DNA of 62,837 bases, counting the filler. It is 6 parts of 6 records of this genome, joined end to end, with 100 filler letters (N's around TTAATTAATTAA, not from the genome) between each part and the next. Parts side by side here need not be neighbours in the genome. Positions count along the whole stretch, not along the records: positions 23,723 to 30,775 come from SRR31156797_20026; positions 30,876 to 41,475 come from SRR31156797_20049; 4 more parts are not named here. One strand, 5' to 3'. Both the position numbers and the translations under genes were made by a program. The notes beneath the pieces are model-generated. The model was given only the letters and a program-made list of their open reading frames with translations, was not told the origin of the DNA and did not search any database. Positions 24,724 to 35,353 of the stretch are shown here, piece after piece (position 1 is the first letter of the stretch; each line of letters opens with the position of its first letter).

Positions 24724-25584
24724 ATGGGTGAAAAGACAAACAACTATGACAGGCTTAAACAAGGCGGTTTCCTTCGCCAGAGGCAGCAGGAAGACCTCTT
24801 TTCCATGCGTCTTCGCATTGTAGGCGGCCAGCTAAGCGCTGAGCAGCTTCGGGCGCTTGCCGATGCTTCCGAGAAGTACGGCAGGGGTGAGGTTCACATA
24901 ACCTCACGTCAGGGACTTGAGATATCCTACGTGCCTTTCGATGACGCGGAATCCCTTCTTGACGAACTTGAGGACCGAGGCGTCCGTCAAGGCACCTGTG
25001 GTCCGAGGGTTCGTGGTGTAGTTGCATGTCAGGGTGATCGTATTTGCCCACGGGGACTGATCGATGCAGAGGACATTGCAAACAAGATTGATGAAAAGTA
25101 TTTTGCCATGGAGCTTCCTGGCAAGTTCAAGTTTGGAGTCACAGGTTGCCCTGCATCATGTATGAAGGCCCAGGAGAATGACTTCGGTGTCATGGGAGGC
25201 CTTGAGCCGAAGTGGAGAGAGGCTAATTGTAATTATTGCGGCCTCTGCCAGACTGCATGTCCTGCTGATGCCATCAGGGTTGAGAATAAAGCTCTGCACT
25301 TTGACCGGGATAAATGCATCCTATGTGGTCAGTGCCGCCTCATATGCCCTAAAGATTCATGGGTTATATCAAAAGAAGGATATACAATATATATCGGTGG
25401 CAAGGTTGGCAGATATCCAAGGTTTGGTATTAAGCTTGTAGAACTCGTAGATGAAGAAACACTCTTCAGTATTGTAGAAAAGTCTATTGAATTCTTCAGT
25501 AATGAAGCAAACCCTGAAGAGCGTTTCGGAGATACTATAGAGCGTATTGGTCTTGAAAAGTTCAAGAGCTTCGTACTGGAATGA
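24724..25584 (+). CDS. Small siroheme-[4Fe-4S] sulfite/nitrite reductase-like protein (Dsr-like/AsrC-like) with a ferredoxin domain
   Basis: HITSRQG, Cx5C (CQGDRIC), GCPASC and two CxxCxxCxxxCP motifs. Confidence 0.85.
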   Translation: MGEKTNNYDRLKQGGFLRQRQQEDLFSMRLRIVGGQLSAEQLRALADASEKYGRGEVHITSRQGLEISYVPFDDAESLLDELEDRGVRQGTCGPRVRGVVACQGDRICPRGLIDAEDIANKIDEKYFAMELPGKFKFGVTGCPASCMKAQENDFGVMGGLEPKWREANCNYCGLCQTACPADAIRVENKALHFDRDKCILCGQCRLICPKDSWVISKEGYTIYIGGKVGRYPRFGIKLVELVDEETLFSIVEKSIEFFSNEANPEERFGDTIERIGLEKFKSFVLE

Positions 25585-25697
25585 ATATGTTTAACTTAAT
25601 CTAAACCATATAGGATGATGGTTCAGTTATTTTTATATGTATATACATTATATATCTATAATCACATATGCAGCCAATATTACAGGGAAATTAAACA

Positions 25698-26408
25698 ATG
25701 CCAGAAGAAAAAACAGAAATAGAGAAACTAGCTGATGAGTATCGAGATAGTACTCCACAGATAATCCTTGAGTATGCCCTAAACAGGTTTGGAAAAGGTA
25801 TAACCATTGCATTTAGTGGTGCAGAGGATGTGGTGCTTATCGATATGGCCGTAAAGATCAGGCCGGATGTGAGTGTCTTTTCTCTGGATACGGGTCGTCT
25901 GCATCCTGAAACATACAGATATTTCGATGTTATTCGTGATCATTATGATATCCCGCTCGAGATATTCTTCCCCAACATGGAAAGGACAGAGGAACTTGTC
26001 CGGGAGAAGGGTATGTTCTCATTTTACAGAGATGGACATGAGGAGTGCTGCGACGTCCGAAAGGTAGATCCTCTCAGGCGCTCTCTCAGTACTAGGGATG
26101 CTTGGATCACAGGCCAGCGTAAGGACCAGAGTCCTAATACACGCAGTGATGTTCCTGTAATTCAAATCGACCCTTCCTTCGGTAATGGGCGGCTGATAAA
26201 GTTCAATCCACTGGCAAACTGGAGTTCAAAACAGGTTTGGAATTATATTCGAGAGAATGATGTACCATACAATGAACTTCATGAGAGGGGATATATCAGC
26301 ATAGGGTGTGAACCATGTACCAGACCAATCATGCCGGGACAGCATGAACGTGAAGGGCGCTGGTGGTGGGAAGATGCTACAAAAAAAGAATGCGGTTTGC
26401 ATTCATAA
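25698..26408 (+). CDS. cysH: APS/PAPS reductase, [4Fe-4S] APS-reductase type
   Basis: [24 protein letters not shown] and C-terminal ECGLH. Confidence 0.92.
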   Translation: MPEEKTEIEKLADEYRDSTPQIILEYALNRFGKGITIAFSGAEDVVLIDMAVKIRPDVSVFSLDTGRLHPETYRYFDVIRDHYDIPLEIFFPNMERTEELVREKGMFSFYRDGHEECCDVRKVDPLRRSLSTRDAWITGQRKDQSPNTRSDVPVIQIDPSFGNGRLIKFNPLANWSSKQVWNYIRENDVPYNELHERGYISIGCEPCTRPIMPGQHEREGRWWWEDATKKECGLHS

Positions 26409-26503
26409 ATAGCTGATCTCTTATATTATTACCAGTTCATTTTTTTGTATAGATTGCAAGCTTAATTGAAAATTTCATTTAATGTGACTATAATACTAAA
26501 AGG

Positions 26504-26706
26504 ATGGCCAGTACAAAAGAATGCAATGGTCTTTCAAATTTGAAGATACTTGAACATGAAAGCATAACTATAATAAGGGCAGTAGTGGCTGAATTTGAGA
26601 ATCCTGTCAGTTGTGTTCGGTGGGTAAGGACTCATCGGCAATAGCTCATTTTGCTATAAGCTTTCGACCCAAAAAAGTACCTTTTCCGCTTTTGCATGTT
26701 GAATTC
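26504..26706 (+). pseudogene. cysD: Decayed sulfate adenylyltransferase subunit 2, N-terminal remnant
   Basis: LKILEHESITIIRAVVAEFENPV, a frameshift near 26610, then SVGKDSS..PFPLLHVE; matches the CysD N-terminus and similarity then ends. Confidence 0.82.
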
Positions 26707-26785
26707 ATACTCAGAAAGACACGCTTTCACATGCGTATGATATTTTCATATAATGTATGGCAGGTGGACAAAAAGCTGTTCAAAG

Positions 26786-27859
26786 TCAGTGTTCATTTTC
26801 CATGTCTTTGTAAGTATCATTTAGATCCACTTTAAGATATTCTTCATGGAACATTCTTGCCATGAGAACAACATATGATATTAGCAAGGGTCCTATAATT
26901 ATTCCAAGCAGGCCGAATAGATTCAGTCCTATTATTACTCCGATAAGCGATTCAAGTGGATGTATTTGTCCTACTTTTTTTTGTATCATGGGCCTTAAGA
27001 AGTTATCAATTGTACTGAGAAGCGCTCCACCTATGAGTATCCCGACGGCAGTAAAATAATCCTGCTGGATGAGCTGGATAATCACAGCAGGAACCCAGAT
27101 AAATGTAGCTCCGACAACTGGTAAGAATGAAAGAATTACTGCAATAAATCCCCAGAGGAAGGCCCCTTCTACTCCAAGTACCAGAAAGGTGATCGTAAGC
27201 AATCCTCCTTGTACAACAGCTATTATGCCTGAACTGATAAGTGTTGTATTAACGACAGATTTGAATTCATTTTGCAGTATATCCCTGTTCTTTTTGCTAA
27301 AGGGTATTGCTGCTTTGAATTTTTCGGATGTGTGTGTTCCGGTCCCTACAAGCAGGTAATACAGAAGGAAATACATAATGATGAATTCAATAATCCTCTG
27401 TCCAAGGCTCTGTATTGCATTCACAAGCATGACACTGAAGAAATTAGCAGTAGCAGCAACCACTTCCGTTATTTTCTCCCGGACATTTATCTCAACCGGA
27501 AGTTTGTCAAGGGGTAACTGGTTTATGTAGAGGTTGGCTGCATCCATATATTCGAGAATAGTGCTTGTATCAAAAAGGATGCTCTGGAGCTGAAAAACGA
27601 CAATTGTAATGAGTATATATAGCGGGATCATTATCAAAATGACAGTAAGTACTATTATCCCCATGGCTGCAATGCTTCTATTTACTTTCAGCCTGTTTGT
27701 TGCATATACAAAGAGAGGCTTAAAGATCACATACAGGATGAAAGCTCCAAAAAAGGCATTAATGTATGGGTATAATGCATAAACAAGCACCGCTGCTAAT
27801 AACGCAAGTATCAGGAGTGCCTGTGGCATTTTACTCGACTGCTTCATTACTTCTCCCAT
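26786..27859 (-). CDS. AI-2E family transporter
   Basis: Polytopic membrane protein with DNFLRP and FGLLGIIIGP motifs. Confidence 0.88.
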   Translation of the reverse strand: MGEVMKQSSKMPQALLILALLAAVLVYALYPYINAFFGAFILYVIFKPLFVYATNRLKVNRSIAAMGIIVLTVILIMIPLYILITIVVFQLQSILFDTSTILEYMDAANLYINQLPLDKLPVEINVREKITEVVAATANFFSVMLVNAIQSLGQRIIEFIIMYFLLYYLLVGTGTHTSEKFKAAIPFSKKNRDILQNEFKSVVNTTLISSGIIAVVQGGLLTITFLVLGVEGAFLWGFIAVILSFLPVVGATFIWVPAVIIQLIQQDYFTAVGILIGGALLSTIDNFLRPMIQKKVGQIHPLESLIGVIIGLNLFGLLGIIIGPLLISYVVLMARMFHEEYLKVDLNDTYKDMENEH

Positions 27860-27939
27860 TAATGTTCATTGTATTTAAGGTTATTATTTTTAGTATTAGA
27901 TTAATAACATCTATATCCCTTTGGATGCTATTTTAGTCG

Positions 27940-28782
27940 ATGATACCAAAATATGTTTTCCTTTTCAAAAATACTTTTATTAAATGGATGGAAGATGATG
28001 GCATCACTAGTAGTGCGGCTCTTTCCTTTCATGCTATAATAGGACTTCCGGCACTTATTCTTTTTACTCTCTTTCTGGGGAGCATCTTTTTGAAACAGCA
28101 GTTAATCGAGGCAGCCATCATAACAGATGTATCTCTTTTTGCAGACGATACCTCTATAAAGGCATTGAACATGCTTTTCACCCAGCTTTCTGTTAATACA
28201 TCTTTTAATTTTGGCATTATCCTGAGTTTCTTCGTGTACCTCTGGAGTGCGGGAAATATCTTCCTGCAACTTCAGCGAATGGTCAATAAAATGTGGGGTT
28301 CAAAAGCCACTGACAGGAGCTGGCTTCATCGTTTTGTCCGTAACAGGGCTGTTGCCCTGTTTGCAGCCCTGGTCTTTGGAATGCTTGTGACTCTAAGCAC
28401 TTTGTTCGAAGTTGTTTTCTTTGTCACTTCTGACAATCTGGAAATGGCATTTTCTATTCCAACAGGCATTATTCAATCGATCAACTTCGGAATAAATATC
28501 CTGACTCTGATAGCTCTTTTCATGTTCCTTTTCCGGGTTCTTCCTGAAAGAAACCCTGGATTAAGTTTTGTTTTCAGGGGATCCTTACTGACAGTTTTCC
28601 TGTTGACAATTGGCAAATATCTAATGGGCCTCTATCTGTTCTATAGTAATGTTGCAACTGTATATGGGACCATAGGTTCCGTTCTTGTTGTTTTCATGTG
28701 GGTATATATGTCATCCATTATTGTGACTTTCATGACCGAATTCATTGGGATCTATTCAGAATCAGGAAGAGGCGGGCAATAG
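27940..28782 (+). CDS. YihY/BrkB family membrane protein
   Basis: SAALSF, VNKMWG, YGTIGSV..W.Y.S motifs. Confidence 0.88.
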   Translation: MIPKYVFLFKNTFIKWMEDDGITSSAALSFHAIIGLPALILFTLFLGSIFLKQQLIEAAIITDVSLFADDTSIKALNMLFTQLSVNTSFNFGIILSFFVYLWSAGNIFLQLQRMVNKMWGSKATDRSWLHRFVRNRAVALFAALVFGMLVTLSTLFEVVFFVTSDNLEMAFSIPTGIIQSINFGINILTLIALFMFLFRVLPERNPGLSFVFRGSLLTVFLLTIGKYLMGLYLFYSNVATVYGTIGSVLVVFMWVYMSSIIVTFMTEFIGIYSESGRGGQ

Positions 28783-29169
28783 TTTAAAAAAGATACATGT
28801 CTCATAATGGCTTTTCAATAGTCTGTAATGTGTGATACATTACAAAATATATACATATCACAGTACATGTACTTGATATCTAATATATTATCAGAAGGAT
28901 CTTTGGAGTCCTTTTCTTCTCTATCATCAATTTGCGGGATTGTTGATTGCCTCTTTATTCTGTTCTGCAACTGCGAATGTATATATTATCTGTATGATTG
29001 CTTCATAAAGCATCATTTATGAATAAAACATATAAATTAATACGAATACCATCTTGTAGCATACGTGTAATAATATGTGTGAATTATGCATTGATCGCTT
29101 ACAGGACACTTTTATGCACCTGCAGGATCAAATACAAAAAAGAAAGTGTAATGGTTTCCAGGAGATTCT

Positions 29170-29469
29170 TTAAAGAATATCCCTGAGGCCATTGGCTGCT
29201 GTGTAAATGCTTCCAACCCCACCAATGAAGTTAGCAATACGTACTGCTTCCATTATTTCCTTTTTTGTTGCACCTGCTTCCAGTGCCTGCAGAGCAAGTA
29301 CCTTTACACCATCTACAGCTCCATGGTCTGCATCAAGTGCCATGGCTATGAGGAATTTGTATTTTAGCGGTATATTACCTTCAGAAAGTGCGTTCTCACG
29401 CACTCCTTCTAAGATGTCAAAAAATTCACTGTCCTTTTCCTGAATTATGTTCAACGGATGTCCTTCCAT
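29170..29469 (-). CDS. Carboxymuconolactone decarboxylase/AhpD family protein
   Basis: IPLKYKFLIAMALD and ALEAGATKKEIMEA; start at MEGHPL. Confidence 0.85.
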   Translation of the reverse strand: MEGHPLNIIQEKDSEFFDILEGVRENALSEGNIPLKYKFLIAMALDADHGAVDGVKVLALQALEAGATKKEIMEAVRIANFIGGVGSIYTAANGLRDIL

Positions 29470-30017
29470 TTTATTCGCTCCACATTTTTGATTTAAGAGG
29501 TATTGGATTGTATAGGTACTTTGCAACAATAATCTCAATATACTTGAACATGCCTGTGTTCTGATGTTTCATCCATACTTTTGTTGTTAAGTCAATGGTT
29601 TAAAGAGGGTTAAGCTAACGATCATGATGTGAAATTGTATGAATAAAGATGATGAAGTTGGTTATTAGATACTCAGTGTTTTAATCCGTAAAGTGTATAC
29701 ATATGGTCTCCGTAAAATAAATATATTAATAAATAAAAATAACCCATATTCCTTGATAGGTCAATTTAATAACAAGTACCCTAAAACGAAAGAACTGACT
29801 AAATTATCCTGAAAAGCAACGATTATTAAATGTTCAGATTTTTAAAAGAATCTTTATCAGTGAATCATTATATTGAAATCTATTTTCTATACCACCATTG
29901 ATTCCATTATTTTTTTATAATAGTAACCTTAAAAGAGCTATAACTCTGCGACCATTTTGCTCTGAAAATAGTAGTTTTGTTCGTAGGTATATTTGGTGCT
30001 TTTGTGGAAGGTTATTA

Positions 30018-30775
30018 ATGAAAAAAATATCACTGCTTGATTTTGGCAATGTCAAAGATTCTGAACTTAAGTCTAAACTTGAAAATTTTGGCTATCTTGT
30101 TCACTCATTGTCGGTGCCGGACCTGATGTCCCTTGATAAAACTGACCTGAAAGGATCGGATATCCTCATCTGTTCATACGATAAAGCTGAATTCAATGAT
30201 TTATCTGCCAGCCTTGTACCTTTGCCAAATAATGTTTCTATTATTTTTGTAGTTAAAAACTGCAGCAATGATCTTTTCCACAATATGCGCAGGTTTAGCA
30301 ATTCGTTGTATGTTAAAATACCATTTGAGAAAACTGAACTTGATTTCCTTATCTCCATTGCTTCCAAATGTCCACCAGATAATAATAACAAAAATGATCA
30401 TTTTGAAGATGGAACTGAGCTTAAAAATACTGAAAAAACTTTAAAGGAAATAGAGGAACGCTTCCAGATCATGTATGAGAATGTACCTGGTGGTACGATG
30501 ATCATTGGACGGGACTATATTATTGAAGATGTGAATCAGAGAACCTGTGATATTACAGGATACAAAAAAGAAGAACTTATAGGCCAGTTATGTGATATCG
30601 TGTGTCCCAAAGGGTCATTGTCAAAGAAGTGTCCTATATGGGTTGATGGTCTTGAAGGATTCAGGGGTATGGATACGGCCATTAAATGCAAGAATGGTGC
30701 AAAAACTCCCATCCTTAAAAATACGAAAAGGATTTTCATAGACGGCAATCAGTTCATCCTGGAGAACTTCCAGGA
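30018..30775 (+). CDS. PAS-domain signal transduction protein with a degenerate receiver-like N-terminus, 3'-truncated
   Basis: ERFQIMYEN..VNQRTCDITGYKKEELIG PAS pattern; the frame runs into the linker. Confidence 0.75.
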
Positions 30776-30875
30776 NNNNNNNNNNNNNNNNNNNNNNNNN
30801 NNNNNNNNNNNNNNNNNNNTTAATTAATTAANNNNNNNNNNNNNNNNNNNNNNNNNNNNNNNNNNNNNNNNNNNN
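30776..30875. other. Artificial contig linker
   Basis: N/TTAATTAATTAA/N. Confidence 0.99.
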
Positions 30876-30961
30876 TGTGGCGAACTCAAGATTAGTGGCC
30901 ACATTCCGCCGAAAGGACCAAGCATCCTTGAGGAATCGTAGCAATCTGAAGGGGAACGACT

Positions 30962-31480
30962 ATGGCAACTACAACTGACGTCGCAGTCCACTGTCGGGAT
31001 CAAGAGCCGCAGTGCCATGTCACTACACGAAGACACGGACAAACAACAGCTCAGATCGTTGCCGAGAGCAGCTTACAGGAAATCGACCTCAACCCGTTTA
31101 ACTTGGTCATTGATCTTGTCCATATGGATGGCCACTTACGACGTTCCGATGGAACAACAGAAGCACTCTCCGACAGGCTTAGGACGATCCAGGGACAGCC
31201 GCTATGTCTCCTGCTAAAGCTACTCCGACGAGCCGGCGTCTTTCAAGCCCCGTACGACATCGGATATGTGCGTCCTTACAATGAAAGCCAGTTCGTGAAG
31301 GACAACATAATTCAGTATGTAGCGAGGCTTAGGACACGCCTGTTTGGAGAGAATGGAAACAGGCCACATTTCGTATTGACAGTAAGTCGACCCTACAAGG
31401 TTGCCATCAATGGTGATGTCAACTTCTGTTTGATTGAGCCCTGGCGCAATGAAAACACAGACTCAAACAAGACCCACTAG
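30962..31480 (+). CDS. Putative OmpR/PhoB-type winged-helix DNA-binding protein without a receiver domain
   Basis: LLLKLLRRAG..NIIQYVARLRTRLF..PHFVLTV resembles Trans_reg_C; SD-like GAAGGGGA. Confidence 0.55.
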   Translation: MATTTDVAVHCRDQEPQCHVTTRRHGQTTAQIVAESSLQEIDLNPFNLVIDLVHMDGHLRRSDGTTEALSDRLRTIQGQPLCLLLKLLRRAGVFQAPYDIGYVRPYNESQFVKDNIIQYVARLRTRLFGENGNRPHFVLTVSRPYKVAINGDVNFCLIEPWRNENTDSNKTH

Positions 31481-31852
31481 ATGAACCCGAGTGGGGCCAA
31501 GTCGAATGCTATCGATCAGCGTGTCGCGCGGACGCAAGACTACGTATACTTTCACCCAGGTTACAGACTATTCTCGTTCAATGAAGTTCGTATGCAGCCG
31601 CGACAATAGCTTGTCTCATGCCTTTCACAATAGCGCCATCTTTGTACTCTGCGGCATCTATTGAAAATCAATTGCGGCGTGCCGTACTGACTGGCACTAG
31701 AGCGAGCAATCAGAATATAAGTCTCCTGTAACTGACAGGACAGTAGTTCGTCATCAATCTCACTCGCCTCTGTGCAAGAATGTCTATTGAGCCGCGCGCA
31801 CCGTGCGCAAGGCGTAAAGCGTTTGACTGTGACATTGCAGAGAGGACAACCC

Positions 31853-32314
31853 ATGCGAAAGCCGAAACCGATTCCACTCACGCTCGAGCCTTGGCCTGAT
31901 CCTAAACCCAACACACTCTACAGAGGACAAATCATAGGAATCAGCGAAACTAAAAATGCCATTTCCGCGACGCTCAGAACCCTGGACAAGGCCCTAGCTG
32001 GGTTCTTGCAGCACGTGGACCTCTCAAAGGATCTGCACCCCGGCAACAAGACATACCGCTTCGTGCTGGCTGCGGGTTTCGACATCAATACGGTCGGCGT
32101 GCAGATCGATGATTTGCGCCAGGCAATCGGGCGCATTGTTGGCATGCGTTTCGTTCCCACCGACGACGGTTACGAAATCGAATTCGAAAAAGTCACAACA
32201 AAGGCAAAAACCCAAACGACGACGAAACCTCGTTCCTCTGACGCCAGCCATACAGAAGCGCTTGGCGATCTGGAACATCTCTCAGACTCCGAGGAAGACG
32301 TTCTTTCCCTATAG
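31853..32314 (+). CDS. Hypothetical protein, possibly a phage-type OB-fold ssDNA-binding protein
   Basis: SD AGAGGA before ATG 31853; beta-rich core and an acidic tail DSEEDVLSL. Confidence 0.5.
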   Translation: MRKPKPIPLTLEPWPDPKPNTLYRGQIIGISETKNAISATLRTLDKALAGFLQHVDLSKDLHPGNKTYRFVLAAGFDINTVGVQIDDLRQAIGRIVGMRFVPTDDGYEIEFEKVTTKAKTQTTTKPRSSDASHTEALGDLEHLSDSEEDVLSL

Positions 32315-32326
32315 AAAGGATGCCCC

Positions 32327-32524
32327 ATGCAACTACCGGCCCCCAAGGAAGATAGACGAAGATTTCAAGCCTTTGTGCGAGCCTACGGTGAGCTCATCGG
32401 CGATGGCCTGGTCTTTCTGGCCTGGACCGTGGTGGCCTTGGTGGCTGGGGGCATAGCCTTCCTGATCCTTCGTGTCGCGTGGTGGCTGTTGCTACTGGCG
32501 CTTCGAGCGTTGGGAGAGATTTGA
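32327..32524 (+). CDS. Small membrane protein (65 aa)
   Basis: SD AAAGGA; long hydrophobic C-terminal half; packed into the operon. Confidence 0.7.
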   Translation: MQLPAPKEDRRRFQAFVRAYGELIGDGLVFLAWTVVALVAGGIAFLILRVAWWLLLLALRALGEI

Positions 32525-32535
32525 AAGGAACGAAA

Positions 32536-32988
32536 ATGGCCAAGCAAGACCAAGAACCGACCTCAGAAGAACGAGTTGAGACCGTTATTCATGAGCGAGA
32601 CGGCAACGAAATGCGGATCGGCTTCATCAATCGTGAGTATGAGGATGGTGACAATGAACGCACGGAGAAGATCACGGAATACGTAGAGAGCCCCGAAGGC
32701 CACATGTGGGGACCGCATTTCCTGATGAAGGAAGGGCAGAAAGGCAGCCTTGTCGTCTGTGCAGAATGCCGTCGCCGAGCGCGATCGTTCCTTCGCCGGC
32801 GCCGTCCTCAGATGGTATGGACACCCGTAGTATCAGCCCGCAGGTGCTACCGATGCGGCCGTTGGTATTGCAGCCGCGATTACACACTTTCGCGTGACAA
32901 CCATGTTCGGTGCCGGCGGTGCAACCGTTGGTATTTCTTCATCTACCATGTCCTCAGGCCCCTCTTCTTCAAAGAAATCGAACGATGA
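32536..32988 (+). CDS. Zn-finger protein with a hydrophobic/basic C-terminus
   Basis: SD AAAGGAA; CAEC, CYRC, YCSRD and CRRC motifs; stop overlaps the next ATG (ATGA). Confidence 0.72.
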   Translation: MAKQDQEPTSEERVETVIHERDGNEMRIGFINREYEDGDNERTEKITEYVESPEGHMWGPHFLMKEGQKGSLVVCAECRRRARSFLRRRRPQMVWTPVVSARRCYRCGRWYCSRDYTLSRDNHVRCRRCNRWYFFIYHVLRPLFFKEIER

Positions 32989-35114
32989 GTGTTAATCAAC
33001 TTCACAGCCTCATAAAGCGATACTACCTCGACGTGCGTCAACCGGAGAGGTATGCACGGATTGTGCGACGTATCGAGCGAGGCCGAATGACACCCCAACA
33101 GGCTGCCAGGTGGCTGAAGAAACGCAGCTTTCGTCAAGACATTGATCGGCAGATCCGGGAAGGAAACTACCTGCCGCCAGCCCCCATACACGACGATCTG
33201 CAACGCGAGCAACAGACCCCAATGGTAACCATCGGTCACTACAGCGAGCGGCCAGAAGTCGAATTGCAGGTCCCCGTCACACAGGCCGTGCCCCATATGC
33301 TGATCGTGGGTAAGCCAGATTCAGGCAAGTCAGTGACACTGCGTATGTACCTCAAGAGGGTGCACGAACTGGGATTACAGTACCCCGATCGTAAGGTCTC
33401 CTGTGTCCTTTTCGACCCCAAGAAGGACCTGCCCAATCCGAGGACCATCCTCGGCGATGATACGGTGCATCTGACACTTCAGGATCCAAGTAAGGTACGG
33501 TTCGCACTGAACGGACCAGCCGGTGTGCTCGGTTCAGTGTACGCAGCGTCGATGGCCACGGTATTGGGCGCGCGGCTGGGCTTGATCGTCTCGCGCACTT
33601 GCCTCAGTGCCATCTATCTTTGGCTGCTGGGCCTCTTGAATCCCGCGCCAAAGCCGGGGCATCCGATGAGGACACCCAGCGTACGGTTGATCCTGGATGT
33701 GCTCTTGAACAGCCCGACGTACTGCTGGGGCGAGAAGATCGACTATATCAAAACGTTGGTCCAGAAGCTCTCTGCCCTGCTGGTCGATGCCCAAGGTCTG
33801 CTCGATGCCGACCGCGGTTTCGACGTTGTTCAGGACATCATCCTCCAGGGCAAACACTGCGTGATCGATACCTCCAAATTCGAGCCGCCGTACTTGCGCT
33901 ATCTAATCGCCGACATCATCCTGACCCAGTTGCTTCTCTACCGACTTCACAATCACCTCAAGACAACTTCCACCCGTATCTGCCTGGCCTATGATGAAGG
34001 AGACTTCTTTCTGTCGCCAGACGCCCAGGCCGCCTATGTGCAAACCCTCTCTCCGGCCTCAGCGGGGGCTCGATGGTTCCGTGAATACGGAGTCCAGTTT
34101 GTGATTTGCGCCAGCGCCCTGCACCGAATCGATCCTTACCTGGTGACCGGCATGACTTGCACTTTCGCACACTGTACCGTCGATGCCGACTCGATACGAC
34201 AGATCCAGCGGACAATGATGCTCAATCCCGGCACAGAGAGACTATTGCCCGCCTTGAAGGCTGGGCAATGCATCTATCGAGAGGCGCAGGGTCCGTACCC
34301 GTATCCGGGCTTGGTGCAAATCGACCACATAGCACCGGATCACTCAGCCAAGGAAGGACCGTATGACTCCATCTCATTCACTGAGGCCACCGGGCTTGAT
34401 GATCTGCCCTCTATCCAAAAGGCACTGGAAGAACGAATTCGCCAATGTGACAAGGGCAGGCTGCGACGACGCCAGGCGGGCACAACGGCGGCAGCGCTTC
34501 ACAAGACGGCACGCACCTTTCTCGATCATATGTCCCTTCACGAGCATACCCCTCTGGATGTGGTGTTCTCGCATGTGGACCGAGTCGCCGTTGGTACCCA
34601 AAAGAAGATAGTCGACACACTTGTCCGCAAGGGCCTGATCCAGGCCAAGACCGTGCGCACATGCCGATCCTGGACGCGTTTTGGCCAGATCACGGAGAAG
34701 GGGTGGCAATACCTCGGCAAGATCAGCAGGTATCCGGCGCTACGAGGCGGGGTAGTACACACGAACGTCTGCTTCGAAAAGCAGCGCCTGGATCTCAAGC
34801 AAGGTTTTGAAAAATCCTTCTGCGAACACCAACTCGAAGGCAGCGCTGGTTTCCATGACGTTGTGTCAATCAAGGATGGCAAATACTACGTCACCGAAGT
34901 GGTCATCGACTGCGATGCAAACATCGCCCAGCATGCGCGGAATTGCCTGATCAATAGCCAGGCACCTGTAGAAATGCTGACGGTAGTGACTCTGCTGAAA
35001 TCTGAGCACGCCAAGATCCGCGAAACTCTCATGTCCGATTCTGAGCTTGTCTTCCACATCCAGCGTGTCTCTTTCCTTACCGTCGAAGACATCTTGAAGG
35101 AGTTGTACCGATGA
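32985..35114 (+). CDS. HerA/FtsK/VirB4-superfamily ATPase with C-terminal winged helix and PD-(D/E)XK-like domain
   Basis: Walker A HMLIVGKPDSGKS, LFDPK, Walker B LAYDEGD, FREYGV; wHTH LVRKGLI..ITEKG; FHDVV..VTEV. Confidence 0.78.
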   Translation: MSVNQLHSLIKRYYLDVRQPERYARIVRRIERGRMTPQQAARWLKKRSFRQDIDRQIREGNYLPPAPIHDDLQREQQTPMVTIGHYSERPEVELQVPVTQAVPHMLIVGKPDSGKSVTLRMYLKRVHELGLQYPDRKVSCVLFDPKKDLPNPRTILGDDTVHLTLQDPSKVRFALNGPAGVLGSVYAASMATVLGARLGLIVSRTCLSAIYLWLLGLLNPAPKPGHPMRTPSVRLILDVLLNSPTYCWGEKIDYIKTLVQKLSALLVDAQGLLDADRGFDVVQDIILQGKHCVIDTSKFEPPYLRYLIADIILTQLLLYRLHNHLKTTSTRICLAYDEGDFFLSPDAQAAYVQTLSPASAGARWFREYGVQFVICASALHRIDPYLVTGMTCTFAHCTVDADSIRQIQRTMMLNPGTERLLPALKAGQCIYREAQGPYPYPGLVQIDHIAPDHSAKEGPYDSISFTEATGLDDLPSIQKALEERIRQCDKGRLRRRQAGTTAAALHKTARTFLDHMSLHEHTPLDVVFSHVDRVAVGTQKKIVDTLVRKGLIQAKTVRTCRSWTRFGQITEKGWQYLGKISRYPALRGGVVHTNVCFEKQRLDLKQGFEKSFCEHQLEGSAGFHDVVSIKDGKYYVTEVVIDCDANIAQHARNCLINSQAPVEMLTVVTLLKSEHAKIRETLMSDSELVFHIQRVSFLTVEDILKELYR

Positions 35115-35320
35115 AAGCTGCACAATTGGCCGTATTGGCGATTGTCGTTTTGGCCCTGATGAACTGGTCCCGGGGCGAGTATGCTTTCGCTCTGCCAATG
35201 ACGTTGCCCCTGTTAGGCGGTCAAGAACCCTCGATCTACGATCTCGCCGGCGCGATGGTAATCGTCATTGCCATCGCCGGCCTGCTCCGTCTTAGCCGCA
35301 ACCACCGTCACCATGAGTAA
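35111..35320 (+). CDS. Small two-TM membrane protein (69 aa)
   Basis: ATGA overlap with the ATPase stop, SD AAGGAG, two hydrophobic segments. Confidence 0.7.
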   Translation: MKAAQLAVLAIVVLALMNWSRGEYAFALPMTLPLLGGQEPSIYDLAGAMVIVIAIAGLLRLSRNHRHHE

Positions 35321-35353
35321 ACGACCATTATTCCATTAAGAAGGAGACTACCG

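Noticed and set aside
26611-26835. 74-aa ORF as a standalone gene
   Set aside because: It is the second frame of the cysD pseudogene running into unrelated sequence.
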